From contig OZ253496.1 of assembly GCA_965262115.1 (NCBI GenBank), forward strand, positions 1,504,001 to 1,568,000: a stretch of 64,000 bases of DNA. Direction: 5' to 3'. Position 1 is the first letter of the stretch. The number at the start of each line of letters is the position of its first letter. Position numbers and translations under genes: made by a program. The notes under the pieces were generated by a model. It saw only the letters and a program-made list of their open reading frames with translations. It was not told the origin of the DNA and did not search any database. The DNA comes from Nitrospinales bacterium (GTDB taxonomy: Bacteria; Nitrospinota; Nitrospinia; Nitrospinales; VA-1). Positions 53,332-64,000 of this stretch are shown piece by piece.

Positions 53332-55305
53332 ATGAAAGCTATAGCCTGTGAATTAAAGTCTATTTGCAGAATCAGCCAGCGGAGAGCCTCCGCAGGCGTA
53401 ATGTTTTTCCTTGGCCTTCGTGCCCCGGAGGGGTACAAATTGCAATATCTTTCCCTGGCTAGAAATGATTTTCCCGGTTGGGCAAGCCATTGCCCAGTTG
53501 CCTCCACGGCTAGTGGGCGGAGAGCCTCCGCTGCAGGTTTATTCATGCTCCTGTTCCTGGCGAGTTGCACGACAATACCCGGAGTCCCGGATTCAACGAC
53601 TTCTGACTTGTCTTCTTCCTATGCGGTTTTGTCGTTCGAAAAGAAAAAACAACTTTCCGGGAAACTGGATACGCGGGATCCCCGCTCCTATTACCACTAC
53701 CTGCTGGCCCTGAAGGCGGAAAAGGGCTACCAGATGGATCAGGCCGCTGTGCATTATAAAGAAGTGGTCCAGTATGATCCGGAAACAGAAAGGTTCCATG
53801 AAAAATGGGTTCGCCTGTTGCTCCGTACCGGTCAGTTGGATGAGGCCGTTGAAGCCGGTCAAAATGCACTGGCCCGTTTTCCCAACAACGAGGAAATTTT
53901 GATGGTCCTGGGGGATATTCTGGCCAGTCAGGGGAAAGCGGAAGAGGCCATCACGTATTATGACCGGATTAGCCGGGTTGCCTCTGGAAATGCCCGGGCT
54001 CCGTTACTGAAAGGTTCTTTGTTAGAGGGGTTGGAGCGATTTAACCAGGCTTTTGAAGAGTATAAGAAAGCGGCGTTGATAGAGCCGAAAAATCCTCTGG
54101 TGCAGTTTTATCTGGGCCGGGCCTATTTGCGGGCCAACCAGTTGCCGGAGGCCGAAAAGAGTCTTGAAACGGCAGTTTCCCTGAAGCCCAACCTTCTCCA
54201 GGCCCGACACCATTTAGCCTGGGTGCTCGAACGTCAGGGCAGAACCGTTGAAGCGTTGAAAGAATATGGGCTATTGTTAAAGCTGACACCGGATAACGAA
54301 TATATTAAAAATCGGGTTTCACAGCTTCACTCTTCGGATTCTTTGGGTCAGAGCCCCTCGCAGGGTTTTGAAGCCATTCCCTCCGGCTTGGCAGAGCAAC
54401 CCGATATCCATATGCGTATCGCAACGATATATTTTGAGCAAACTCTATATATGAGAGCATTGGATGAGTTTCAGCTTGTTCTGGCCAAACACGATTACAA
54501 GGATCCGCATGTTCTCATGGCCCGGATTTATGAAACTCACGGCCGCCTGGACAAAGCCGTTGAGGAGTTTGAAAAACTCAGAAAGCTGGAACCGCAATCC
54601 CTGGACCTTCTCCTTTATACGGCCCGGCTCTATAGCTTGATGAAAAAAACACAAAAATCGGTGGGTCTGCTCAATGAGGCCGTTGCAATAGAACCGGAGA
54701 ACGACCAGATACATCACTCTCTGGCACTGGCCTACATGGCCCTCAAAAAAAATGAGGAGGCCATTGCAACCATGCGGAAAGCTTTGGCTTTGAACCCTCA
54801 AAAAGATTCCTACTATTTTGATCTGGGCGCCCTGATGGAAAAAGCCGGAGATTACCAAGGGGCCATTGCAAATATGAGGCTGGCGATTGAGTTAAATCCT
54901 TTGCACTATAACGCACATAATTTTTTGGGGTACATGTATGCGCTGGAAGGACACGACCTTGACCAGGCCCTTGAGCATCTGAAAAAGGCCCTGACCATCC
55001 AGCCTCGCAACGGCTATTTCCTGGACAGCCTGGGTTGGATTTATTTCAAAAAAGGCGAATCGGAAAAAGCTTTAACGCAAATTCAGAAGGCCTTGATCTA
55101 CACCGAGCCGGACCCGGTACTTTATGACCACCTTGGGGATATTCTGTTCTCTCTGGAAAATTACGATGAAGCCAATTGGGCATGGAGAAACAGCCTGTTT
55201 CTCACTGTGAATCCAAAAGACGACCTGGGTGGAGAAGCGCCGGACCCGCAAACACTTAAGAATAAAATTAATAAATCGAAAAGGCTTTTACAAAAGAGCT
55301 ATTAA
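53332..55305 (+). CDS. TPR lipoprotein; 5' end carries an in-frame repeat insertion, true start uncertain
   Basis: LASC lipobox, many TPRs, NFLGY, DSLGW, DHLGD; precedes LolB-like gene and ispE. Confidence 0.88.
   Translation: MKAIACELKSICRISQRRASAGVMFFLGLRAPEGYKLQYLSLARNDFPGWASHCPVASTASGRRASAAGLFMLLFLASCTTIPGVPDSTTSDLSSSYAVLSFEKKKQLSGKLDTRDPRSYYHYLLALKAEKGYQMDQAAVHYKEVVQYDPETERFHEKWVRLLLRTGQLDEAVEAGQNALARFPNNEEILMVLGDILASQGKAEEAITYYDRISRVASGNARAPLLKGSLLEGLERFNQAFEEYKKAALIEPKNPLVQFYLGRAYLRANQLPEAEKSLETAVSLKPNLLQARHHLAWVLERQGRTVEALKEYGLLLKLTPDNEYIKNRVSQLHSSDSLGQSPSQGFEAIPSGLAEQPDIHMRIATIYFEQTLYMRALDEFQLVLAKHDYKDPHVLMARIYETHGRLDKAVEEFEKLRKLEPQSLDLLLYTARLYSLMKKTQKSVGLLNEAVAIEPENDQIHHSLALAYMALKKNEEAIATMRKALALNPQKDSYYFDLGALMEKAGDYQGAIANMRLAIELNPLHYNAHNFLGYMYALEGHDLDQALEHLKKALTIQPRNGYFLDSLGWIYFKKGESEKALTQIQKALIYTEPDPVLYDHLGDILFSLENYDEANWAWRNSLFLTVNPKDDLGGEAPDPQTLKNKINKSKRLLQKSY
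53379..53531 (-). repeat. Family B element with nested family A unit (53397-53435), bounded by two GCGGAGAGCCTCCGC copies
   Basis: 15-mers at 53379-53393 and 53517-53531. Confidence 0.85.
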
Positions 55306-55314
55306 GAAGGTCCG

Positions 55315-56127
55315 TTGAATTCCTACCTGTTAACGCGTGTGACCAACCTCCCTCATTTTTTCAGATTCCTAATTTTTGTTTTGTTGGGCTGGGGATGTCA
55401 GCCTCGTGTCGAACCAATCGCTCCGCATTTTTTAAAAGATTCAATCACCACCGATTACGTTTTAAAAAGGCAGGTAGACCGGGCGGGGCAAATTAAAAAC
55501 CTTAAATCATTCACCCGCACCAGCTTTTTAGGTCCTAAGCGGAAGCAAAGTTTCCGTCAGTCTTTATTGATTCAGAGTAGCCAGTCTATTCGGGTGGATA
55601 CCTATGGCTTGTTTGGTCAGGCTCTGGGTGTTTTCACCCACCATGAGGGCAAGACCACGTTTTTTGATCCGGCAAAAGGCAGGATTTATTGCGGGGCAGA
55701 AGTGGAATCCCTGATGGAGAGAATGCTGGGAACACAAGTGGATTTTTACGAGCATCTCAGAATTTTTATCGGCCATATCCCAAGACTTGAGCTGCTTAAG
55801 GTTTTAAAATCGCGTTTGAATTTAGACCGGACGCGATACATCCTGCAATTGACCGATATCCTGCGGGGTGGTCGCGTGACCCTGCAATTTTCCGCCACGA
55901 CTTTGCTTCCTCTTGCGATGACTCGCTATCTGGAGGGAGGGCGCGCCGTCTATTCGGTCACATGGCAGGAATACGCAAAAGTGGGGGAGCATGACTTTCC
56001 TCATCTGGTGACGTTAACATTTCCTGAAAAACAGGAAACGATCAGGGTGAAATATAAAAATCCGATCATCAACCAGGGACTGCCTGCAGACACGTTTCAA
56101 CTCCCTTTACCTGCTTCGAGAAGTTGA
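55315..56127 (+). CDS. LolB/DUF4292-like lipoprotein
   Basis: GWGC lipobox-like motif, IRVD.YG.FG; TPR-LolB-ispE synteny. Confidence 0.65.
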   Translation: MNSYLLTRVTNLPHFFRFLIFVLLGWGCQPRVEPIAPHFLKDSITTDYVLKRQVDRAGQIKNLKSFTRTSFLGPKRKQSFRQSLLIQSSQSIRVDTYGLFGQALGVFTHHEGKTTFFDPAKGRIYCGAEVESLMERMLGTQVDFYEHLRIFIGHIPRLELLKVLKSRLNLDRTRYILQLTDILRGGRVTLQFSATTLLPLAMTRYLEGGRAVYSVTWQEYAKVGEHDFPHLVTLTFPEKQETIRVKYKNPIINQGLPADTFQLPLPASRS

Positions 56128-57026
56128 TGACAGCGTCTAGCGTTTCTTTTAAGACCCCGGCAAAAGTGAATCTGGGGCTCCATATTCTTGGCAAGCGTGA
56201 AGACGGTTTTCATGAACTCGAAACCCTGTTTCAAATGGTGAACTGGTGTGACGAGATTAAGTTGGAACGTCTTTCGTACGGATTGGAGTTGGTCTGCAAC
56301 CAGCCGGATATTCCTGCCGATGAAGGCAATCTGGCTATAAAAGCCGTCCGCCTGTTAGAAACGCACTATTCTGATCGCTGTAAGGGTGTAAGAATCCATT
56401 TAAAGAAAAACATTCCCCATGGGGCCGGGTTGGGGGGAGGCAGTGGCAATGCCGCCGGGGTTTTGCTGGGACTCAACTTTTTGTGGGATTTGCAAATAAA
56501 ACGGAAAGACCTGATTCTTATAGCTTCCGAACTGGGTTCGGATGTGCCTTTTTTCCTGCTTTCCCCCTGCGCTATTGGAAGGGGTCGGGGAGAAATTCTC
56601 GAATCGGTAAAAAGTTCCATTAGATTTTATGTTTTAATGGTTTACCCGGGGTTTGCCGTGTCCACGGCGATGGTTTATGGAAATCTAAAATTGAATTTGA
56701 CAAAGCGGGAAAATAATATTAACATTTTGAAAAATTTTCTCTTGCAGTCGGAGTTTGCCCAATTGGGGGCGGCCTGGTCCAATGATTTGGAACCCGTTGT
56801 ATTTCAAGAGCATCCGGGTATTTCTGAGATAAAAAAAGAGATGCTTGCTTTGGGAGCAAAGGGGGCGCTCCTTTCAGGAAGTGGCTCCACTGTCTTTGGT
56901 ATTTTCGACAATCCCGAAACAGCGAAAAGTGCGTACGCCCGGTTGGAGAGAGGGGAATTCCGGCTGTTTTTAGCTGAAAGCGTTGCCAGTTTATCCGAAT
57001 TATATCCTGAGGAAATGTTGTGTTAA
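56127..57026 (+). CDS. ispE: 4-diphosphocytidyl-2-C-methyl-D-erythritol kinase
   Basis: [26 protein letters not shown]. Confidence 0.97.
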   Translation: MTASSVSFKTPAKVNLGLHILGKREDGFHELETLFQMVNWCDEIKLERLSYGLELVCNQPDIPADEGNLAIKAVRLLETHYSDRCKGVRIHLKKNIPHGAGLGGGSGNAAGVLLGLNFLWDLQIKRKDLILIASELGSDVPFFLLSPCAIGRGRGEILESVKSSIRFYVLMVYPGFAVSTAMVYGNLKLNLTKRENNINILKNFLLQSEFAQLGAAWSNDLEPVVFQEHPGISEIKKEMLALGAKGALLSGSGSTVFGIFDNPETAKSAYARLERGEFRLFLAESVASLSELYPEEMLC

Positions 57027-57068
57027 CGACCACCCTAGCGCATTGGTGCGGATTGGGTTTTTATACTT

Positions 57069-57144
57069 TGGGGCGTCGTCAAGTGGCTAAGACACAGGAT
57101 TTTGATTCCTGCATTCGGAGGTTCGAGTCCTCCCGCCCCAGCCA
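57069..57144 (+). tRNA. tRNA-Gln(TTG)
   Basis: TGGGGCG, anticodon arm CAGGA-TTTTGAT-TCCTG, GGTTCGAGTCC, CCA; ispE-tRNA-prs synteny. Confidence 0.97.
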
Positions 57145-57169
57145 GATTTTTACGGGGATTATTTATAGA

Positions 57170-58135
57170 ATGTATTCCAGCGATAATGGGCGGTTGCTTG
57201 TTTTTTCAGGTAGGGCCAATCCGTCCCTGGCGGAGGATATTTGTAAATATCTTAAAGTTTCTTTAGGGAAAACGGTGGTCCGTGATTTCTCCGACAAGGA
57301 GATTTATGTGCGGATCGAAGAAAATGTTCGCGGCGGAGATGTTTTTGTTATTCAGCCGACTTGTTATCCCGGCAATACCAATTTGATGGAATTACTGATC
57401 ATGATCGATGCCTTGCGCCGGTCATCAGCAAAAAGGATCACGTCGGTGATCCCTTATTATGGTTACGCGCGCCAGGATCGCAAATGCGAACCCAGGGTGC
57501 CAATCACCTCCAAGCTGGTTGCCGATTTGCTGGAAACGGCTGGAACGGACCGGGTGTTGACTCTCGATCTTCATGCCGGACAGATACAGGGTTTTTTCAA
57601 TATTCCCGTGGATCATCTGTTTGCCATGAATGTTCTGATTGAATATATCCGCACACTTGCTTTACCAAATTTGATTGTTATTTCACCCGATGCGGGAGGG
57701 GTGGAACGGGCCAGGGCATATGCCAAAAGGCTGAATACCTCTTTGTCCATTATCGATAAGCGCAGGTATATTCCGAACGAAGCCAAAGCCATGAATATTA
57801 TTGGTGACGTGAAGGACAAGGTAGCGTTTATTGTGGACGATATGATTGATACTGCGGGAACCCTCATGGAAGCGACCGATGCGTTGCTGGGGGTGGGCGC
57901 TAGCGAGGTTCATGCCTGTTGTTCTCATGCGGTTCTTTCCGGTCCTGCGGGGGAGCGAATCAGTAATTCTCGGATCAAGTCGGTGGTGACGACAAACAGC
58001 ATTCCCTTAACCAACGGGTTAGAAAAAAACCCGAAGATCAAGGTGCTCACGGTCGCGCCGTTGTTGGGAGAAGCTATTTTAAGAATTCACGAAGAAACCT
58101 CGGTCAGTTCGTTATTCGATTCAACCCGAGAATAA
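57170..58135 (+). CDS. prs: Ribose-phosphate pyrophosphokinase
   Basis: [35 protein letters not shown]. Confidence 0.98.
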   Translation: MYSSDNGRLLVFSGRANPSLAEDICKYLKVSLGKTVVRDFSDKEIYVRIEENVRGGDVFVIQPTCYPGNTNLMELLIMIDALRRSSAKRITSVIPYYGYARQDRKCEPRVPITSKLVADLLETAGTDRVLTLDLHAGQIQGFFNIPVDHLFAMNVLIEYIRTLALPNLIVISPDAGGVERARAYAKRLNTSLSIIDKRRYIPNEAKAMNIIGDVKDKVAFIVDDMIDTAGTLMEATDALLGVGASEVHACCSHAVLSGPAGERISNSRIKSVVTTNSIPLTNGLEKNPKIKVLTVAPLLGEAILRIHEETSVSSLFDSTRE

Positions 58136-58207
58136 AAAATCAGGCTTTGGCGTTGCATATTATGCGTAGTGCGCTCATAGCTTTTATCTAATGGATGGGA
58201 GTATAGA

Positions 58208-58873
58208 ATGTCAGCTTTAGCGGGAAAATTAAGAGAAGTAACCGGCAAGTCTGCCACGCGGAAACTTAGAAACGATGAGACCATGCCTGCAGTTCTATAT
58301 GGACTGAAAGACAACCTCAGCCTGACGGTTAACCCCAAGGAATTGAGAAAGCTCCTTGAAGCAAAGGGCCGCAATGCCTTGATTGAACTCGAAATTGAAG
58401 GTGACTCCAAACGCAGCGTGGTGGTGAAAGAATATCAAGCCCACCCTTTAAAGCCGGGTTGGGTGCATGCGGATTTCCTGGAAGTGGATGTTACTAAAAA
58501 AATCAAGGTCAAGGTTCCTGTTGTGCTGGTGGGTGATTCACCCGGCGTAAAAATGGGCGGGTTGGTCAACCACATCCTTCGCAATATTGAGGTGGAGAGT
58601 GTTCCCTTGAATATCCCTGAAAAAATTGAGGTGCAGATGGGTGGAGTGGAACTCAATGATGTGATTCATGTTTCCGATCTTACGGTAGGAGAAGATGTGG
58701 AAATTCTCAACAACCCCAGTGATGCTGTGGTGACCGTTCATGTTGAAAAAGTGAAAGAAGAGACACCTGAAGGCGAGGAAGGCGAAGAAGTCCTAGAAGG
58801 CGAGACTGATGAAGGCGCTGAAGCCACCGCAGATGCACCGGCTGATGCTGCCGGTAAAAAAGAAGACGGTTAA
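58208..58873 (+). CDS. rplY: 50S ribosomal protein L25/Ctc
   Basis: GK...RKLR...PAVLYG, HADF, acidic tail. Confidence 0.96.
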   Translation: MSALAGKLREVTGKSATRKLRNDETMPAVLYGLKDNLSLTVNPKELRKLLEAKGRNALIELEIEGDSKRSVVVKEYQAHPLKPGWVHADFLEVDVTKKIKVKVPVVLVGDSPGVKMGGLVNHILRNIEVESVPLNIPEKIEVQMGGVELNDVIHVSDLTVGEDVEILNNPSDAVVTVHVEKVKEETPEGEEGEEVLEGETDEGAEATADAPADAAGKKEDG

Positions 58874-58881
58874 AATAAATA

Positions 58882-59439
58882 GTGTTCTTGATTTTGGGTC
58901 TGGGCAATCCCGGGCCACGCTACGAATTGACACGGCACAACGCGGGTTTTTGGGTGGCGGATAACCTGGCCGATAAATATGATATCCGGCTGGGGTGCCA
59001 CAAATATTTCTCCTTGTATGGAAAAGGAGAATTGGATGGACTCGAAGTTGTTATAGCGAAACCGATGACCTATATGAATGAAAGCGGAAAAGCGGCCAAG
59101 TCGTTGCTTTCCGCTTTTAATCTTTCCCCAGAGCGATTGCTGGTGATTCATGACGACATTGATCTTCCTCTTGGCAAGGTTAAGAAAAAGTTCAAGGGCG
59201 GCGATGGCGGGCAACGGGGAATCCGATCAACGATCCGATCCATACGGACCGGGGAATTTGCGCGAGTTCGAGTGGGGATCGGTAGGCCCGAGGATAAAGG
59301 CGATATTGTTGATTATGTGTTGTCCCCATTTGAAGAAGAAGATTCGGGCCTGATAAATGAAACTATGGAACAAGCGGTGCAAGCGGTAGAAGCGGCGCTC
59401 AAAGAACTCAATAAACGATCTAAATCTACGGAGGATTGA
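58882..59439 (+). CDS. pth: Peptidyl-tRNA hydrolase
   Basis: GLGNPG, TRHNAG, KPMTYMN, HDDID. Confidence 0.96.
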   Translation: MFLILGLGNPGPRYELTRHNAGFWVADNLADKYDIRLGCHKYFSLYGKGELDGLEVVIAKPMTYMNESGKAAKSLLSAFNLSPERLLVIHDDIDLPLGKVKKKFKGGDGGQRGIRSTIRSIRTGEFARVRVGIGRPEDKGDIVDYVLSPFEEEDSGLINETMEQAVQAVEAALKELNKRSKSTED

Positions 59440-59444
59440 ACGGA

Positions 59445-61520
59445 ATGTTAACGGAACATAAAGGTGAAATGATTTTCATCGGATTTGCCATGATCTTGTA
59501 TCTGGTGATGGCCGCTTTTGATGTGTCGCAGAAATTTGTTTATCTGGCGGTCTTATTTGGGTTATTCGGGCTCGTCATAGCCTGGAAACTTTTTGAAAGC
59601 GTGGATGATGAACCGGCCGGCAATGAAAAAATGACCGAAATCGCCGATGCCATCCATGAAGGTGCAATGGTTTTCCTGGCCAGGGAATATAGAATACTGG
59701 GTTATTTTGTGGGAGGGGTGTTCCTTCTGCTGTTGGTTTTGATTTCCGTACAGAGTGGTTTGTGGATCGGTCTGTGGACAGCCATTGCTTATGCAGTAGG
59801 GGCTGGGTGTTCCATGCTTGCCGGATTTTTCGGCATGAACGCGGCGACCACCTCCGGGGTACGAACTTCTCAGGCTGCTTTGGATGGCGGTCAGGCTAAA
59901 GCCCTCAACATCGCTTTCAACGGCGGTGCGGTGATGGGACTTTGTGTGGCGAGTTTGGGCCTGATCGGGGTTGGCGGATTGTTCACCCTGTTTGGCCGTG
60001 GAGAGTCTATCGGAGTCATCAGCGGATTTGCCATGGGCGCCAGTTCCATCGCGCTGTTTGCGCGCGTGGGCGGAGGCATCTACACCAAAACTGCCGACGT
60101 TGGTTCCGACCTGGTTGGTAAAGTGGAAGCGGGAATCCCGGAAGACGATCCAAGAAACCCGGGGGTTATTGCTGACAACGTCGGAGACTGTGTGGGCGAT
60201 ACTGCAGGTTTGGGAGCAGATATTTTTGAGTCCTACTGCGGTTCCATGATTGCTACCATTGCTCTCGGTGCAGGCATGGCAACCATGAAGTTTGAATACA
60301 TGGCCCTGCCGATCCTGGTTGCCATGATCGGCCTGGTGGCTTCTGTCCTGGGAATCCGGGCCATGAGTGCTTTGGGAAACATGGATCCTTCCGCCGCACT
60401 GCGCAATTGTACTTTTATCAGCGCCGGGGCCATGTTGTTCGTCACCTTTTTTCTGATTAAGGTTATGGGACTGCCTTCTGGCGTTTTTGTCGCCTTGTTG
60501 TTTGGTTGTCTGGCAGGTATTGGTATTGGCCTGATCACCGAGTATTACACGGCTGGCAAACCAGTTATCCGCATTGCAGAGGCAAGTGAAACAGGGGTTG
60601 CGACAGTAATGATCACGGGTCTTGCGATAGCAATGGAAAGTTGTGTTGTGCCTATCCTGATCATTGCGTTGACGATTTTTGTGAGTGCCGAATTCGCCGG
60701 TCTCTATGGTGTGGCGCTTGCGGCCGTGGGTATGCTGGCAACAGTAGGCATCACCATGTCGGTCGATGCTTACGGACCGATTGCGGATAACGCAGGCGGA
60801 ATCTCTGAAATGGCTGGGCTGGGGGAAGAAACCCGTAAGATTACTGATGGACTAGATCAAGTGGGTAACACCACGGCCGCTATCGGTAAAGGTTTCGCCA
60901 TTGGTTCTGCGGCTCTGACGGCACTGGCCTTGTTTGCCGCGTTCACCCAGGCGGCAAACATTGATTCGATTGATATTACCAAAACGACAGTCATCATTGG
61001 TGTCTTTTTGGGTGGGGCGATTCCCTTCTATGTCGCCGCTCTCACCATGACTTCGGTGGGCGAGGCGGCCATGAAAATGGTTGAAGAAATCCGCCGCCAG
61101 TTCAGAGAGATTCCTGGGTTGATGGAAGGCACGGCAAAACCAGACAGTGCCCGTTGTATCGATATCAGCACTCAGGCGGCCTTGAGAGAAATGGTCGCCC
61201 CGGGTGTAGTGGCTTTCCTTAGTCCCATCATTGTCGGTTCAGTGCTTGGAGCAGAAGCTCTGGGAGGTATGCTGATGGGTGCCACGCTTACTGGCGTTTT
61301 GCTGGCGTTGTTTATGTCTAATGGTGGCGGTGCCTGGGATAACGCGAAAAAATATGTGGAAGCGGGTAACCTGGGTGGTAAAGGTTCCCCTGCTCACCAC
61401 GCTACAGTAGTTGGAGATACGGTTGGAGATCCGCTGAAAGATACATCGGGTCCGGCGATGAACATCCTGATCAAATTGATGTCTATCGTCTCCCTGGTGA
61501 TGGCGCCGTTTTTCCTGTAA
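59445..61520 (+). CDS. hppA: Membrane-bound ion-translocating pyrophosphatase, probably K+-dependent Na+-type
   Basis: [42 protein letters not shown]. Confidence 0.95.
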   Translation: MLTEHKGEMIFIGFAMILYLVMAAFDVSQKFVYLAVLFGLFGLVIAWKLFESVDDEPAGNEKMTEIADAIHEGAMVFLAREYRILGYFVGGVFLLLLVLISVQSGLWIGLWTAIAYAVGAGCSMLAGFFGMNAATTSGVRTSQAALDGGQAKALNIAFNGGAVMGLCVASLGLIGVGGLFTLFGRGESIGVISGFAMGASSIALFARVGGGIYTKTADVGSDLVGKVEAGIPEDDPRNPGVIADNVGDCVGDTAGLGADIFESYCGSMIATIALGAGMATMKFEYMALPILVAMIGLVASVLGIRAMSALGNMDPSAALRNCTFISAGAMLFVTFFLIKVMGLPSGVFVALLFGCLAGIGIGLITEYYTAGKPVIRIAEASETGVATVMITGLAIAMESCVVPILIIALTIFVSAEFAGLYGVALAAVGMLATVGITMSVDAYGPIADNAGGISEMAGLGEETRKITDGLDQVGNTTAAIGKGFAIGSAALTALALFAAFTQAANIDSIDITKTTVIIGVFLGGAIPFYVAALTMTSVGEAAMKMVEEIRRQFREIPGLMEGTAKPDSARCIDISTQAALREMVAPGVVAFLSPIIVGSVLGAEALGGMLMGATLTGVLLALFMSNGGGAWDNAKKYVEAGNLGGKGSPAHHATVVGDTVGDPLKDTSGPAMNILIKLMSIVSLVMAPFFL

Positions 61521-61539
61521 CTGAAATAAGGTTTAAGTT

Positions 61540-61576
61540 AAAGGGATGGGGGCTTGCCCCCATCCCTTTTCTTTTT
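61540..61576 (+). terminator. Rho-independent terminator
   Basis: AAAGGGATGGGGG-CTTG-CCCCCATCCCTTTT followed by a U-rich tail. Confidence 0.88.
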
Positions 61577-61593
61577 AGAAAGGAGTCTGTTTC

Positions 61594-62370
61594 GTGCTGT
61601 TAGGAATTCATGACTTTATAAATTCACAGCCTCTTTTGGAGCCTTTGAGGAAACGGGCTCTGGATATCCGTACCGACTCCCCGGCGCGGCTGGCCGATCA
61701 ATTATCTGGCGGAGAGCTGGATATGGCCATGATTCCCGCCATCGAATATTTAAAGCAGGCCGATCGGTTTCGACTTTTACCGAACATTTCCATAGCCTCC
61801 AGAAACAAGGTGGGAACCGTTTTGCTGGTCTCCAAGGTTCCTCTTAATTCTATCCGCTCTTTGGCACTGGATGACCGTTCGAGAACTTCGGTCGCGTTGA
61901 TCCAGGTGCTTTACTCGAAAGTGTTTGTGACCGGACTCAAACTGGAGAGCCAGGAGCCCGATCCGGAAAAGATGCTCGAAAATCACGATGCCGCATTGAT
62001 CATTGGCGATCAGGCTCTGGGGTTTTCCAAAGAAGGCGTGTCAGTCTATGACCTCAGCGAAGAGTGGTTCAACCAGACAGGCAAAACTTTTGTTCACGCC
62101 GTGATGGCAGTTCGGGAAGGTGTCAAGGTGGAGGGTGGAATTATTCAAACCCTGCTGGATGCAAAGCAGGAAGGAATGGAAAACCTGGATACGATTGCCG
62201 AGAGTCAGGCAAAGAAAACGGATCATCCTGTGTCTTTATTGCAGGACTATCTCAAAAATAAAATTCGTTACGATTTTGGCGAAGAGGAAATAGAAGGGCT
62301 CGTGCATTTTCAGTCCCTTTGCCACGAGACCGACCTGATTCCACAAAAATTTCCCTTAAAGTTTGTTTGA
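61594..62370 (+). CDS. mqnA: Chorismate dehydratase (futalosine menaquinone pathway)
   Basis: N..PL, SRTSV.L, ALIIGD.AL, DL.EEW..TG..FV.A. Confidence 0.88.
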   Translation: MLLGIHDFINSQPLLEPLRKRALDIRTDSPARLADQLSGGELDMAMIPAIEYLKQADRFRLLPNISIASRNKVGTVLLVSKVPLNSIRSLALDDRSRTSVALIQVLYSKVFVTGLKLESQEPDPEKMLENHDAALIIGDQALGFSKEGVSVYDLSEEWFNQTGKTFVHAVMAVREGVKVEGGIIQTLLDAKQEGMENLDTIAESQAKKTDHPVSLLQDYLKNKIRYDFGEEEIEGLVHFQSLCHETDLIPQKFPLKFV

Positions 62371-62387
62371 GGATGGGCTCCGAAAAC

Positions 62388-63134
62388 TCAACTCGGCTTT
62401 TGTTTTAAATAATCCCAACCCCAATTAAACCCTTCTTTAATAAACTGGCCTAATTTCTGCACAGAAGATTCAACGAAGTCGAGATAAGCCTGGACGGCTT
62501 CAGTGCGTTGTGGTTCGTCCGGCTCTGATGAGGAAGGTTCTGGAGAAGCGATCACTTCAGTCACCACTGCCTCGGCTACATTCTGTTTTAAAGTCGGCTC
62601 AGGTTCTTCGAGGCTTGCGGTTTCCTGCAGTTCTTCCGCCACATCTTCCTCTTCGGGAGTCTGATCAAAATCGTTGCCAGAGAGGTGGGCCGCTGATGTG
62701 GACGGTGGGCCGCTGATACGTGTTTCCTGAATTTCAGGAGGCGAGACGGTAGCAAGCTTGGCAATTTCAGCCTCAGGAACCTCAGCGGGTTCTGAAATTT
62801 TAGCAACCGTCTCGTCCATAAAGGGCGGTGTTGGGGTGACCAATGCCAGTGGTTTGGAAGGAGCTGATTTTGGGGAAACGAAGTTTAAAATTTCAGCGGG
62901 AATGAGGTTGTTGAAATATAGATAGCCGCCCGAACCTATCAAAACAAGAACCAGGAGCAAAAAGACTTTCCCTGCGCCGGATTTTTTCTTTTCTTCTGGA
63001 GGCAGAAACTCCTGTTCCTCAAACCCGGGATCGGATTCAGAATCTTCCGGCGTCTCCACCGCAACAGGGAGAGCTTCTTCTTTTTCTAGAGAGTCTGAGT
63101 CTTGCGGTTTTTCTGATTCGCTGTTTTCTTGCAT
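62388..63134 (-). CDS. Acidic, Pro-rich single-pass membrane protein
   Basis: KKKSGAGKVFLLLVLVLIGSGGYLYF TM; start taken at MQENS because upstream sequence is a repeat. Confidence 0.65.
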   Translation of the reverse strand: MQENSESEKPQDSDSLEKEEALPVAVETPEDSESDPGFEEQEFLPPEEKKKSGAGKVFLLLVLVLIGSGGYLYFNNLIPAEILNFVSPKSAPSKPLALVTPTPPFMDETVAKISEPAEVPEAEIAKLATVSPPEIQETRISGPPSTSAAHLSGNDFDQTPEEEDVAEELQETASLEEPEPTLKQNVAEAVVTEVIASPEPSSSEPDEPQRTEAVQAYLDFVESSVQKLGQFIKEGFNWGWDYLKQKPS

Positions 63135-63138
63135 AAGA

Positions 63139-63340
63139 CCACTAGCCGTGGAGGCAGATAGCAATAAATCGTTGGGCCGAGCAGCCAATGGAGCGCAAGT
63201 TAAAGATATTGCAATTTTCCAGAGGCGGTGCGGCGTCCACTCGCCGTGGAGGCAACTGGAAAAAACTTCATCCAGAAGCTCAATGACCCTCGTTCGCCCT
63301 ATAACGTACCAACCTTTTTCCCGTGGCGGTGCGCCACTAG
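63139..63340 (+). repeat. Two tandem family B-like elements
   Basis: CCACTAGCCGTGGAGGCAGATAGCAA (26 bp identical to 4704-4729) and CCACTCGCCGTGGAGGCA at 63237. Confidence 0.78.
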
Positions 63341-64000
63341 TGGATGATTTTGTTTAAGGGATATTCGACAATATCTTCTGCGCCAGCGTTTTTAAGGTCG
63401 GGTACAATATCCCGCACCAGTTTTTCTTCCAGAATAACATTCACGGCAACCCAGCCCTTTTCGCTGAGTTCGGAGATGGTGGGTTTTTTCCCCGGCGGAA
63501 AAATTTTAATAATGGCATCAAGATTATCTTTCGGGGCGTTCAGCATCAGCCCTACCCGGCCGTTTGCGGCCATGGCTCCCTGCAACATCAAAACAAGGCG
63601 ATCCACTTTATTTCTTTTCCACTTGTCCTGGCTGGCTTGCTTGTTCATGATAAAGCGGGTTGTCGATTCCATCAAGGTGTCCACAATGCGCAGGTTGTTA
63701 GCTCTCAGAGAAGACCCGGTTTCGGTAACTTCAACAATGGCATCCACCAGTTTAGGAGCTTTAACTTCTGTTGCTCCCCAGGAAAACTCAATGTTCGCGG
63801 TCACTCCCTTTTCTTTCAGCCAGTCGGTGGTCAGGTTAACCACTTCAGTGGCGATGCGTTTGCCCTGCAGGTCTTTAACTGATTGGATGGCAGAATCGTT
63901 GGGGACGCACAGCACCCAGCGTACTGGCCGGGCGGAGACCTTTGAATAAACCAGAGGTGCGATCTCTTCAACATCGGCACGATTCTCAAGAATCCAGTCT
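63337..64000 (-). CDS. hisG: ATP phosphoribosyltransferase, long form (5' part beyond window)
   Basis: [39 protein letters not shown]. Confidence 0.95.
   Translation of the reverse strand, partial: DWILENRADVEEIAPLVYSKVSARPVRWVLCVPNDSAIQSVKDLQGKRIATEVVNLTTDWLKEKGVTANIEFSWGATEVKAPKLVDAIVEVTETGSSLRANNLRIVDTLMESTTRFIMNKQASQDKWKRNKVDRLVLMLQGAMAANGRVGLMLNAPKDNLDAIIKIFPPGKKPTISELSEKGWVAVNVILEEKLVRDIVPDLKNAGAEDIVEYPLNKIIH

Overview
Bacterial chromosomal window, mostly housekeeping genes: folD-xseAB-tlyA, gpmA, rpsB-tsf-pyrH-frr-uppS-cdsA-dxr-ispF, thrS-infC-rpmI-rplT-pheS, TPP riboswitch-thiSGEC, ispE-tRNA-Gln-prs-rplY-pth-hppA-mqnA, hisG, plus tRNA-Leu and tRNA-Val. Gene content is compatible with a Nitrospinota-like organism, but this is an unverified impression. 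Unusual content: (i) a type II FAS-like cluster (KAS, ACP, two tandem phytoene-desaturase-like flavoproteins, FabG, FabZ, FabI) whose first gene overlaps ispF; (ii) an Mce/Mla ABC operon headed by an RsbU/RsbW/STAS partner-switching module, partly decayed; (iii) dense, nested small repeats. A 39/41-bp unit (TACCC..GGGCAYGAA..ATATCACR) interrupts other repeats and itself without target duplication. A ~99-bp hairpin-ended element with fixed architecture but variable sequence sits at gene boundaries. (iv) 33-36-bp duplications of the 3' ends of pheS, infC and thiG; (v) three Fic loci, a dead IS1182-family element, and several deletion or frameshift scars. All calls come from reading the sequence; no database searches were run.
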